64,000 bases of DNA from Eledone cirrhosa (lineage: Eukaryota), in NCBI GenBank assembly GCA_964016885.1, contig OZ024751.1:53134001-53198000 (forward strand), given 5' to 3'. Positions 12,600 to 24,289 of the stretch are shown here, piece after piece (position 1 is the stretch's first letter; every line of letters starts with the position of its first letter). The notes beneath the pieces are model-generated. The model was not told the DNA's origin. It saw only the letters and a program-made list of their open reading frames with translations, and ran no database searches. Position numbers and translations under genes: made by a program.

Positions 12600-13090
12600 C
12601 GTTGTCATGTACTAACCTTCCCCTGGTAAGCAGTACAATGAACCAAATATCTATGTGTATGGTAAACGACTTGAAGTGATCGATCAGTTTGTCTACCTGG
12701 GAAGCACTGTCATTCGATACAGCAACCTTGATAATGAAATTCCACACAGGATTAGGAAAGCAATTAATGCTTTCGGAAAGCTAGAAAGGCGCCTCTGAGG
12801 TCGGCGAAACATATGCAAGACGACAAAGGTAACAGTGTACAAGACATGTGTGCTCTCTTCTCTTATTCATGCCAGCGAGACCTGAGTCACATATCGACAC
12901 CACCTTAAACAGTTGGAACGTTTCCATAAGATGTGTCTCAGACTGATCCATGTCGTTCACTGGAGGGACCACATTACTGATGTCGAGATTTTGGAAAGCT
13001 CTCTGTGTGAAAACATAGAATCTCTTGTGCTTAAGCAAAGACTTCGATGGAGTGCTCACCTTGGCAGGATGAAGGACACCAAAACAACTC
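12600..13090 (+). mobile_element. RTE-type LINE RT C-terminal fragment (different family)
   Basis: LEVIDQFVYLGS..EIPHRIRKAINAFGKL..TKVTVYKTCVLSSL..LERFHKMCLR..RLRWSAHLGRM, with stop codons. Confidence 0.8.
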
Positions 13091-13710
13091 TTTTTGCTCC
13101 TGTTTGCGCTTAGTATAGACCACATTGCCCGGAGTATCATGGCTGCTCTCAACGTTTGGTACCTGGATGATGCTACGGTGGGCGGGCCCGTAGAGACTGT
13201 CTGTCATGATCTACAATTGGTGGTTTCTGCTCCAGCAGGAATCGGCCTCAACACGTCCAAGTCGGAGGTAGTGAATGTCAACCACGATGCTGAGAGCTTT
13301 GCTCCCTCGATCTCGGACGTGCGGTCCATTCTCCTCCAGGTACAGGTGACCCCCAAAGAGGATGTCCTCATCCTCGAGTCACCGATCCATCTGTTCCACC
13401 ATCAGGTCCAGGCTCCAGCAACTCAACATCCTCACGAGCCGACTGGGCATGATTGACGGCCACCCAGCCCTCTTCCTGTTAAGGAACTGCTTCGCCATGC
13501 TGAAGCTCCTCTATACCCTCCGCAGCGCTCCGTGCTACAGCCACGCATCTCTCTTCGCTGACCCCGACACTTGTACCCGAGCGGCAGCTGTGGAGATATG
13601 CAACGTCAGGTTTGACGACATTGGATGGCAACAGGCAAGCTTACCTGTTAGATATGGTGGCCTTGGCCTCCGGTCCCATATCTCGCTGGCGTTGACGGCG
13701 TTTCTTTCGT
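13091..13710 (+). mobile_element. CRE-like (early-branching non-LTR) retrotransposon RT fragment
   Basis: WYLDDATVGG catalytic motif, then GLNTSKSEV, LLRNCF..KLLYTLR and WQQASLPVRYGGLGLR; GC-rich and frameshifted. Confidence 0.75.
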
Positions 13711-14988
13711 TGGCAACTTCATATCACGTCCTCGTCTTTTACTTTGTTCATATTCGACACTTCATCTACATTCTTAGTTTCTTTCTTTAGTTAGTTACCT
13801 CCTTTTATGTAGGACACGGTTTTCTTGTTTCCTCTATTTAAATGTATATATAATAAAAGACAAAATCGGAAGAATTTTATAAAGTTTAATATTCTTTTTA
13901 TTGATAACGTATGTAAATGACTTTCATTTCTTTTTACAGATGTCCAGCTGTAACAAATGGGAATGACGAAATTTCTGTTAATAAAGAAAATTTACATATT
14001 ATATACGAATATAGAGAGTTACTTCTTCTTTATGGAACTCTTCTCTTTTTTCGATTGACTTCCGGTTCTTTGAAATAAAATCATTTCATATATTGTTTTC
14101 CTCATGTATGGAGGTATGTAATATTTGCTTTGCTGTATACTCGAATTATCTAAGAAACTAAACCCCCTCTCTCTATACACATACATTTTATTAAATACAC
14201 AGTTTATGTCAATAACTCTCACACTTTGGATATTGTGTTCATGTGAAGAGGTATTTTATGTGGCTTTCTGGAACATCTTCACTCACTGGACACATGCTTT
14301 CTTTTAAATAAAATTTAGAAAACTACACATACAAATAGTGTTACCTCTTCTAAGAAACTAAACTAAGCCATCTTAACACTATATATATTCTTTCTAAGAA
14401 ATATAACTCAAATTTCTCTCTATAAACATCATTCTGTAGATCTTTCTTTATTGAATACATAGTAAGAAAAAATATATAAACCTTCTTCACTATACCTTTT
14501 CTAAGAAACCTCTATATACAGCTACATTTTTATTATCTTTATTTCTTTCACACCTAATGAAGCATGGCAGCTTCATTTCTCGCTCACACGTGTTCTCTTG
14601 TACGTAGAGAGAAACTTTTTGTTGTCCAACTAATTTCTACTGTGTGATTTGGAGCAACGTGAAATAAAGAGTCTTGCTCAAGAACACAACGCAAAGTCCG
14701 GTCTGAAAATCGAAATCACGATTGTAAAGCTTGACGACTTAACGAATTTTTTTTAGATATCATCATCGTAATCAAAGATTAACTGTTGTTCAGTGTTAAC
14801 TAGATCGATATCACTTTAACCTACGTAACATAGAACCATTTACATTCTTAGTTTTTTCTTACGAAACTTCATTTATTTTCTTTGTTCCTTTTCAACACTC
14901 CATTTACATTCTTAGTTTCTTTCTTTAGAAACTCCATTCTTAGTTTCTTTTTGCGTCATTGACATTCCTAGTTTCTTTCTTTAGAAAC

Positions 14989-15208
14989 TGGTTAGAAAAA
15001 GCTATCTCACTTACCGCTTTTCATAGGCACCGCTAAATCCCACTGCTGGTTTCTCCTCTTCCACGTGCGTCCAACTCCTTAACACCGGGAGCTGCCAAAA
15101 CTCGTGTCCACACCGTTGCTGGTCACCACTAGAGAGAGAGCCATCTGCTGGCTCTTCCGGTCGAGCACTCCACCGCTTCCGGCCACCGCACGCCACACTA
15201 TACCCACA
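14989..15208 (-). repeat. 3' LTR (220 bp)
   Basis: Direct repeat of 18780-19031 with 8 substitutions and a 32-bp indel; preceded on the minus strand by a purine-rich PPT (15209-15238). Confidence 0.93.
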
Positions 15209-17960
15209 TGCCCCCCTGATCAATTTCCCCCTCGTCCTTCTGCATATGAAAGTCTGCTGTCCAGGTTGGTGGTTTACGACTTCTTTGCGATCTTCGCAGT
15301 GTTGGGGCAGCACTTTGGGTTTCCTCTTCCTCGGAGTCCGTTGACACAGTGATTCTACGGACATCCAGGACATGACGTGGTACTCCGTCCACGGACACAT
15401 TGTTCTGGGAATTTACGGCCGTCACCGTTCCCCTTCCCCATTGAGATGTGCAACGTGCATCTGGGGGCTTAACCCAGACTTCTTCGCCCACCTGCACGAA
15501 TGCACTCTCTCTCCCCACTGGCCGTTGTGGTGGCGTGCACGGGTGCCGCCACTCGTATCTGAATACTGCTCTGTCTGGCACCGATTCCTCGACCTGTCCC
15601 ACCCGAGGGGACATGTTGTACCAGAACACTGCCTCCATTGGTGAGATATGGCCCCGCTCTGCCATTGCCTTGATCGTCCGGTGGTGTCGCTCCACAATTC
15701 CATTCCCGCTCGGCCTGTGCGCTGCTCTGAAGAAACGGTCCACCTTCCATCCATCGAGCAGCGCCTCCGAGCGGAACGCTACGCTGTTGTCCATCAGCAG
15801 TTCGTCCACAGGGCCCCGCTCCAAGAACACCTCTCAACGTCCGCATGATTTCCTCGGCCGTTCCAGTCTTCATCTCCCTCCATATCGCCATCTGTCCTGG
15901 TTCACAGTCGACCATCGAGAGGTACGTTCCCTGTCGGTAGTGCGTTACATCCACCGCCAATCGCTTCCAGTCGCGTGGCTTCCCGTTTCGTGTACACCCG
16001 GGGCGGGATCAATGGACTGACATCGGACGCAGCCTCTAACCACCCTTTGAACACTGTGTCTGTTGACGTCCGAGTCGATTCTCCTGGCTAGGAACAGGCT
16101 CCTATCCACTCCCATGTGGTGCATGTCATGCAACCCTTTCAGATCCGACTCGGTCAGCCGACACACGTCTTCTACCTCCTCCTGCGCTTCCATCCAGGCT
16201 TTCTTCACCCTAGTTAAGACGTCCGCCCTATTTTTCTCTGAGGGCACGAAAACTACGCTCAGCCTCAGGTCGAACTTGGTGGCCAGCTCTCCTAAAGTTC
16301 CCAGGCGGCGCTTTATCAGCATCTCCACCACCCCTCTCGTTCGCACTCTCTTCTCACCCATCCGAGTACAGTAGCCGATTCGGTGCGTATCTCGATGGTG
16401 CGCAATCCCCACTTCAGGGCGAGGTTCATCTCTCTCAACACTGCGTCCAGTTCGGCCACATTGATGTGGTTGCAGTCGTCCTTCCTAAGCCAGGCTGCAT
16501 CCTCGACCTCAACACCTATCTCCAACGTTACACCCAGCGCTATGCTGCTGGCATCGCACCATACGGTCCTGCTCTGTGATTTGGGAACATACCAGCGTCC
16601 CCGCACTAGGTCGTCGGCCTTCACCCTCCCCACGATCTCCTGCATCATGGCCACCGTCCTCTCTCCCACTCTGTCACTCCTCCCTCTCGCCTCTTGACAT
16701 AGCTGCATGCCGTCCGGAGCCACCCAGCAATCGGGTAGTGACCCACAAACTTTCCACACACCGAGAAAAGCTCCCGCCTACTTATACTTGGGCCCAGTTC
16801 TGGAACTTCATTTCCCCTCTGGAATACCAAGACGCCTGTCCTGTCTCGCCGTAGCCTAAGTCCCAGCGCGGCTCCTCCCTCCAATGCTTCTGACGGCTTC
16901 GCAGCCAGTCCATACCCCAGTAAATGGCTCGTGACCTCCGCCGCCGACACCACAGACTCGTCCACTAGGATGTCAATATAGGAGTTAGTGGCCCTCTTTA
17001 TCTTGTCGGCCTTTCCCAGAATGGTCTTGAGGACCGCCGCCATGATCTTCGGTGCGGAGCTCAGCCCGAAACCGAGCCTAGTCAGGCAATATGTCCGGCC
17101 CTTATACCTGATCAGCTGATACTGCCAGAGCTTCTCATCTATATGCAATTGCAAGTATGCCGACTTTAGATCTACGATTGCTGAACCCCCGTCATGCGTC
17201 TCCACTCACGCAGGGTTTCCCCACAGACATCCGTGACCTCGCCACCCGTGTGGCATGACACGTGCTCGTTCAGCTCTCGAAAGTCCAGCACCGGCCTCAC
17301 TTTGTTCTTCGTGGGTTGCGCCACTGCCATTAACGGCAATACTCCGCACTTCACCTCCTCTTTCCAGGGAAGCAGTATGCCCTCTTCAATCCATCTCTCT
17401 ACCTCTCGCTCCTAATGTTTCCCTTCAATGTGTGTTGATAGCAGCCCACTTTGGTCTTCAGTGTTGGTGGTTCTCCCTTCCAGTACCACTCAACAACCCA
17501 TCGAACACGGCCTTGAAGTCTTTGTCCTGCACAGTGTAAGCGGGGTATTTCTCCTCGTGGGCCTTCTGGTTCTCCTGTCGCGCATACCGATGCAGCGGCG
17601 CCAAACGACACACCAACGTTGTTCACTGTGACGCATCCTAGACGGCCAATTGCGTCCATGCCCATAACCACGCCGATCCCATCCACCACGCTGTCTACTA
17701 CGATGGCAGAAAGCCTTATTTTCCTTCCCCGTACTGCTATTTCCATCTCGCTGCGACCTCTGCATTCAATTTTCCTGCCTTCGACTGCCCTTACGCTGCT
17801 CTTCCCTCTCCACTCTGCGCCACCCCCGCGGTCACCACTGTCGTCGTACAGCCCGTGTCCACGAGGGCTCGCTGTGGCTTTCCCCTCACGAAGACTTCCA
17901 CCACGGGCAGCGCCTCTACTCGTAAGGGGCAACTACCGGCGCAGTAGTTCCCCTTGGATC
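15209..17960 (-). pseudogene. pol: Retrotransposon pol (protease, RT, RNase H, integrase), with frameshifts
   Basis: PR ALVDTGC near 17870; RT 17400-16800, where the expected YIDD reads YIDI; RNase H WCDAS..ELDAV near 16560-16440; IN HDMHH..CVRC, AVDVTHY, MDNS, NGIVERHH. Confidence 0.92.
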
Positions 17961-18664
17961 GTTTCCCTGGTCGCAGTTAATAGCGATGTGGCCTGGTCGC
18001 TTACACCGGTAGCATATTATTTCCGGCCTTGACTCTCTGCAGTCTCTAGCCATGTGCGGGCTCTGGCACCGAAAACAGCGACTTCTAAACGTTCGCGTGC
18101 CGTGGTTGCCTCCCTTTCACCATTTCGCTGCCAGCTGTCTTGAGCCTCTGTAGTTGCTATCGCCGCAACACTCTTCTTGGCATCTTCTGCTATGATCCGG
18201 GCTTGTTCCACCAGTGAACGCATTTCTATTTCTTTGTAACCCGGGACTTGCTGCAATTTCACCGCTATGTCGTCTGGAAATCCATTTATGAACGCCAACC
18301 GCACCGTGCGTTCGCATTCCACCTGATATCCAGCCAACATGGCCAATCGCCGTATTTCCGCTGCGAAAATGTCAACGCGTTCACCGTTCCATCTAATTCT
18401 TGCCAGCTTAGCGAAAGCGGCTAACGGTCCCCCTGCGAACGCTTCCATCATGCGCCTCTCAATCTTTTGCGTATCTCTTTGGCTGTGTTCGTCCAACTCA
18501 AGGAAGAGTACCAACGCGTCCCCCTCGAGGTACAGTGCCATGAGGCCAGCCACATCTATCTTCTGCAAGCTTGCGACCAGCCGGACTTTTCGCAGCCAAG
18601 CGACAACATCACCTTCCCCGGTAAATTCCCTGATAGCTTCGCTTGTTCGTAGTCTTGTCGCCAT
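17915..18664 (-). pseudogene. gag: Retrotransposon gag with two zinc knuckles (one frameshift)
   Basis: ORF 18664-18017, then CFRCQSPHMARDC and CYRCKRPGHIAINC in a shifted frame. Confidence 0.85.
17924..17967 (-). promoter_or_regulatory. -1 programmed ribosomal frameshift signal (G GGA AAC plus stem-loop)
   Basis: Heptamer GGGAAAC in the gag frame at 17967-17961, a 5-nt spacer, then a hairpin at 17955-17924. The -1 frame runs directly into the protease LVDTG. Confidence 0.8.
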
Positions 18665-18779
18665 CTTCTAATTTGTCTTGCGGTACGTGATAAAAAAAAA
18701 CAACAGACTCCTCTCTGTTTTTCCAGTAGCTTTTTTTTTTTTTCAATCAGATCTCAGTTTCCAGTGCCGAAATAGCTTG

Positions 18780-19031
18780 TGGTTAGAAAAAGCTATCACA
18801 CTTACCGCTTTTCATAGGCGCCGCTAAATCCCACTGCTGGTTTCTCCTCTTCCACGTGCGTCCAACTCCTTAACACCGGGAGCTGCCAAAACTCGTGTCC
18901 GCACCTTTGCTGGTCACCACTAGAGAGAGAGCCATCTGCTGGCCCTTCCGGTCGAGCATCCTTCCGGCCAAGCACCCTTCCGGTCGAGCACTCCCCCGCT
19001 TCCGGCCACCGCAGGCCACACCATACCCACA
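18780..19031 (-). repeat. 5' LTR (252 bp)
   Basis: TG...CA ends, direct repeat of 14989-15208, with two extra 16-bp cttccggtcgagca-type units. Confidence 0.93.
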
Positions 19032-19203
19032 GAAACTTCATCTACATTCTTAGTTAATATTTTTCTTTCTAGATATCATCACCGTAATCAAATATTAACC
19101 ATATCGATATCGCTTTAACTTTTAATCTACGTAACAAATAACCATTTACATTCTTCTTTATACACTTCATCTACATTCCTAGTTCCTTTCTTTAAGAAAC
19201 TTC

Positions 19204-20286
19204 GGCACTACAATGCTATTAGCTGTCAGAAGTGAAAGTAGGCGAAGGTGACGTCATTCGTCAATCTTCTCAATCGTAAACATCGTTTATTTCCGTATTA
19301 CCACGCGTTATTTTAATAAAGCATATCGATGTAAGTGGAGTTACTTAAATGAAAATATAGGTGGCCCTTAAAAGGGCCAAATTAGAAAACAAATATATGG
19401 TTATCAAATTTTTTTTCACCAACCCTATACATTTATGAAGAAATGTTTAGAAAACACATTTTTTTCACCAACCTTATTCAAAAGCATGGATACAGTCCAC
19501 ATGGAGACAAGAGACAGTCCTCATGGAGACAGTCCCATTTTTTTTTCGCTACTTCCAACATGCGTTCACCACATGAAGGGCAGACCTTTTGTGTATTCAG
19601 AAGTCCATGATTTTTCAACCAATTGATGGTATCTGCTGTAGTAGCGGTAGCGATGGAAAGATCGCGATGGTTAATTCCATTAACACTTGGGTATATTGTA
19701 GAATTCATATTTTTCAACTTGCAAATGCGTGTATTATCACAAAGTGAAGATTAAAGTTTATTTATTTACACGTGGTGTTGGTGATAATTGTTGCTGATTG
19801 GTGGGGATTGTCTCCATGGGGACTGTCTCTTGTCTCCATATGGACTGTATCATGCTTTTGAATAAGGTTGGTGAAAAAAATTTGTTTTCTAAACATTTCT
19901 TCATAAATGTATAGGGCTGGTGAAAAAAAATTTGATAACCATATATTTGTTTTCTAATTTGGCCCTTTTAAGGGCCACCTATATTTTCATTTAAGTTAAC
20001 TCCACTGTTGGTGAAAATATAGTTCATGGTATTAGCTGTCAGAAGTAACTCCACTGTTAGGAAAATGATTAAATCCAATTTATTTGATAACCATGACTTG
20101 TTTTCTAATTTGGCCTTTTTAAGGGCCACCTATATTTTCATTTAAGTAACTCCACTTACATTGATATGCCTTATTAAAATATCGCGTGGTAATACGGAAA
20201 TAAACGATGTTTACGATTGAGAAGGTTGACGAATGACGTCACCTTCGCCTACTTTCACTTCTGACAGCTCATAGCATGGTAGTGCC
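19204..20286. mobile_element. Non-autonomous Merlin (IS1595/ISXO2-like) DNA transposon derivative
   Basis: Long TIRs starting GGCACTAC and ending GTAGTGCC; 8-bp TSD GAAACTTC (19196-19203 and 20287-20294). An internal minus-strand remnant WLKNHGLL..CPSCG..M resembles the Merlin transposase N-terminal zinc ribbon. Confidence 0.85.
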
Positions 20287-21594
20287 GAAACTTCATCTAT
20301 ATTCTTGGTATCTTTAAGAAACTTCATATACATTCTTAGTTTCTTTTTTTAGTTTTCTCTATTTATATGTATATGTAATAAAAGACAAAATTAGATGGAT
20401 TTTATAAAGTTTAATATTCTTTTTATTGATAACGTATGTAAATGACTTTCATTTCTTTTTACAGATGTCCAGCCTTCAAGGTTATATGCTGTGTTGTTTG
20501 GCGTAACAAGTGGGAATGGCGAAGTTTCTGTTAATAAAGAAAGTTTACATATTATGTACGAAACGTGTTCAGTACCGAAAAGTAAATAAAAAAGAAAAGA
20601 GTTTTATACAGGGGAAGTAACTCTAAATGAAGGGAGATAACTCTAATCAAATTTAGAGCAAAAAGGGTTAAGACGGATTCCTTGCGCGGTCCAGGATACA
20701 GGCCAGCATATAGCCAGCCTGCAAATAGTCCTGGCTGCTAACTAAACCGCGTGCTCTCACAACGATTCCATCTTCAGACACATAGAATGGCCACGCCATA
20801 CATAAACGACGAAGTCCGAAACGCTGCGTGCATCGCCACGCGAAGCCGTAATTCTAATAAGTAAAATTTTATTTATATTTTAATGGTTAGCATCTATATA
20901 TACACAGTTAACACATATATGGTTATTATATATAGATACATACCGAGTTAATACCTATATGTATACATACATATACATGTATATTAACAAAGGTACTCAT
21001 TTCGAAAAACTTTTTTATTTTTCAAATTACGTCAGGTTCGCTAATCTATACATTTACCTAATGGTATATATACCCACACAAAGACAAGATGGTGTAGGAT
21101 AGAATAAATCCAACAGGTGCGTGTGTTTTTATAGGCAGCATGACCTTGTTTCATTCGAAGGAAACCCTTGAACACACATTGGGTCAAGTATGAAATTTGT
21201 AGAAACAAAACAAATTTCAATCTTGATTACCCAACGGTTAAGAAGGATGGAATTTGCCCCGAAAAAGCTCCCACCGAGACGCAAGATTGAGCCTCGTTCT
21301 GAGATTCAGAAATGGCGGTATCATTAAGGACAACTAGGGCGCACGCCAACTTTACGGGCGCATTTTTAGGATTGGCGCCGCCATTAAGGCTAACTAGGGT
21401 GAACACCAACTTTATGGGCGCATTTTCAGGATTGGTCCACTTTGTCAAGGACTTCTTCCATCCTTCTGAGGCTATCCTCAAACTTACCATATTACCATTT
21501 TCAGTTGCTTCATATGTACTATCAGTGGGTTACAGACTGAGTTTGAATGTATCAACAGTAAAATGAGTGGGATATCTTCACGGATGTACAGAGC

Positions 21595-23700
21595 ATACAA
21601 ACATATATATATACACACAAATGTATATATATATACACACAAATGTATATGTATATACACACAAACATATATATATACACACAAATATATATACACACAA
21701 ACATATATATACACACAAATATATATATACACACAAATGTATATATATATACACACAAACATATATATACACACAAATATATATACACACAAACATATAT
21801 ATACATACAAACATATATATATACACACGTATATATATATATACACACAAATGTATATATATATATACACACAAACATATATATATATATACACAAATGT
21901 ATATATATATACACACAAATGTATATATATATACACACAAATGTATATATATATTTACACACACAAACATATATATATACACACAAATGTATATATATAC
22001 ACACAAATATATATACACACAAATATATATACATACAAACATATATATATACACACAAACATATATATACATACAAACATATATATATACACACAAACAT
22101 ATATATATATACACAAATATATATATATACACACAAATATATATATACACACAAATGTATATATATATATATACACACACAAACATATATATATACACAC
22201 AAATGTATATATATACACACAAATATATATACATACAAACATATATATACATACAAACATATATATATACACACAAACATATATATATATACACACAAAT
22301 GTATATATATATACACATAAACATATATATATACACACATGTATATATATATACACACAAATGTATATATATATACACACAAACATATATATATACACAC
22401 AAATGTATATATATATATAAACACAAACATATCATCATCATCATCATCGTTTAACGTCCATATTCCACGCTTGCATGGGTTTGGACGGGAGTTTTCCCAC
22501 TTGAGGCAAGAGTGGTTGTCTTGCTCGCATAGGACTGTCTGGCGGGTTTTCTACGGCTGGATGCCCTTCCTAACACCAACCACATTTACAGTGTGGGACT
22601 GGGAGGTTTTTACCGTGTTACCTACACGGCCACATTACAGCGTGGACTGTGTGTTTTTTTTTGTCGTGACACCTACACGACCTCATTTGTTTCGGGCTGG
22701 ATGTTGTGGTACCAACATAACTTTACATTGAAAGGGGCGGTGTGGATGGGGTGGGGGTAGTGGGACGGGGGTGTATTTTGTTAGAGGTGCCTACTGACTG
22801 TAGTAGGTTTTCTCTATTACTGTGTAGCGCCAAAGATCTCGGTCCAGTGACATTGTCTTGGAGAGGTGTAAGTGTGTGAGGTCGGAATTTATCAAGTCAT
22901 CCCAGGTTTTTCTGGGTCTGCCTACTCCGTGGCTACTGTCTATTTTTATTGCCCTGCACTTTTTTATACAGCTGTCGTCTTTCATGCGCATCACGTGACC
23001 ATACCAATGTAGCCTTCTCTCGAGTAAACAACATCTGATCCCTCTTATTTCTAATTTTTCCCTTAGTTCGTTAATGCTTTGCCGTTCATGTATATTACTA
23101 TTACACATCCAGCGGAGCATGCAAGCTTCGTTCCTCTCTAGTCTGCGTATATCCTCTGCACACAATGCCCAGGTCTCACTGCCATGCAACATTGCTGTTC
23201 GTATGCAGGCATCATACAGCCTGCCTTTCATTTTTAGGGAGAACCCTTTAGCGGCTAATAGCGGTATAAGCTCTCTGAACTTTTTCCATCCAGTTCTGAC
23301 TCTAGCTACTGTACTTTCAGAGCACCCTCCTCCACTGCTGATTTTGTCACCCAGGTAATGGAAGCTGTCCACTATTTCTATAGAACCCTCTGTGCAATTG
23401 AAAGAGCTAGTATTTGTGGGCACTTGCTGCTACTTATTGCACCAGAGCACCTGCCACATGTAAAATCTATATATATACACACAAACATATATATATACAC
23501 ACAAATGTATATATATATACACACAAATGTATATATATATACACACAAACATATATATATACACACAAATGTATATATATATATACACACAAATGTATAT
23601 ATATATACACAAATGTATATATATACACACAAATGTATATATATATACACACAAACATATATACACATAAACATATATATATACACAAATGTATGCATAC
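21595..23700. repeat. Compound (AT)n/ACACACAAA minisatellite split by an RTE insertion
   Basis: ~20-bp unit acacacaaa(c/tg)(at)n at 21595-22430, resuming at 23466-23700. Confidence 0.9.
22430..23465 (-). mobile_element. 5'-truncated RTE-clade LINE (ORF C-terminus, 3' UTR, (GAT)n tail)
   Basis: 210-aa ORF with FHYLGD, GWKKFRELIPLL, MLHGSETW, RRLHWYGHVMR and GRPRKTW; catcatcat tail at 22430-22448. Confidence 0.92.
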
Positions 23701-24289
23701 TTTGATTGGATTGCTGTTGAAGTGTGTATACATTTTTTGTGACATCCTGTATATATATATATAGATAGATATACACACACACACATATATATACATATAT
23801 TTATATTCACATATATGCATACATATCTACACATATACATATATATACACAAACACACACATAGACAGGCTGTCCCCAAAAATGCATACACATACATATA
23901 TAAAATTCTTATTACCAAAATCGATAATTGGTGATTAACATTAATTACAGAAACAAGTATAATTGAAATAAGTATACTTATTCTCATAATAATTGTTCTG
24001 TATATATGTTCATGGAATGAGAGTGAGATAACACATGGAATATATTTTGAGGCATGTTACCTTGCTTTCTTTCCGTTTATATATTAAAAAAAACACACCA
24101 TTCATAAGTATGACTAATTTACTCAGTAAAATTGTGGCTTCGCGTGGCAATGCGCACAGTGGTTTGGACTTTGTCGCATACTTATGTATGGCGTGTATAG
24201 ACATTGCCTCAGCTGAAAACTATCAAAGTTATAAATGTGTATATGTATATATACACTGGGGTACATGGTGGGCATGGTGATGGGGAAGC

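Larger units (their letters stand above)
14989..19031 (-). mobile_element. Full-length, decayed Gypsy-type LTR retrotransposon (4043 bp; gag-PR-RT-RH-IN)
   Basis: Two LTRs with TG...CA ends; 5-bp TSD GAAAC (14984-14988 and 19032-19036); PPT next to the 3' LTR. Motifs: CCHC knuckles, LVDTGC, VLDFRELN, VDLKSAYLQ, CDAS, HHCC and DDE integrase, in Gypsy order. Confidence 0.96.

Noticed and set aside
15011-15400. 129-aa ORF overlapping the 3' LTR, and its twin at 18802-19041
   Set aside because: Alternative-frame read-through of the integrase tail and GC-rich LTR; no protein motif.
21484-22454. Many long ORFs (150-295 aa) in all frames
   Set aside because: They are translations of an AT/AC minisatellite that lacks stop codons.
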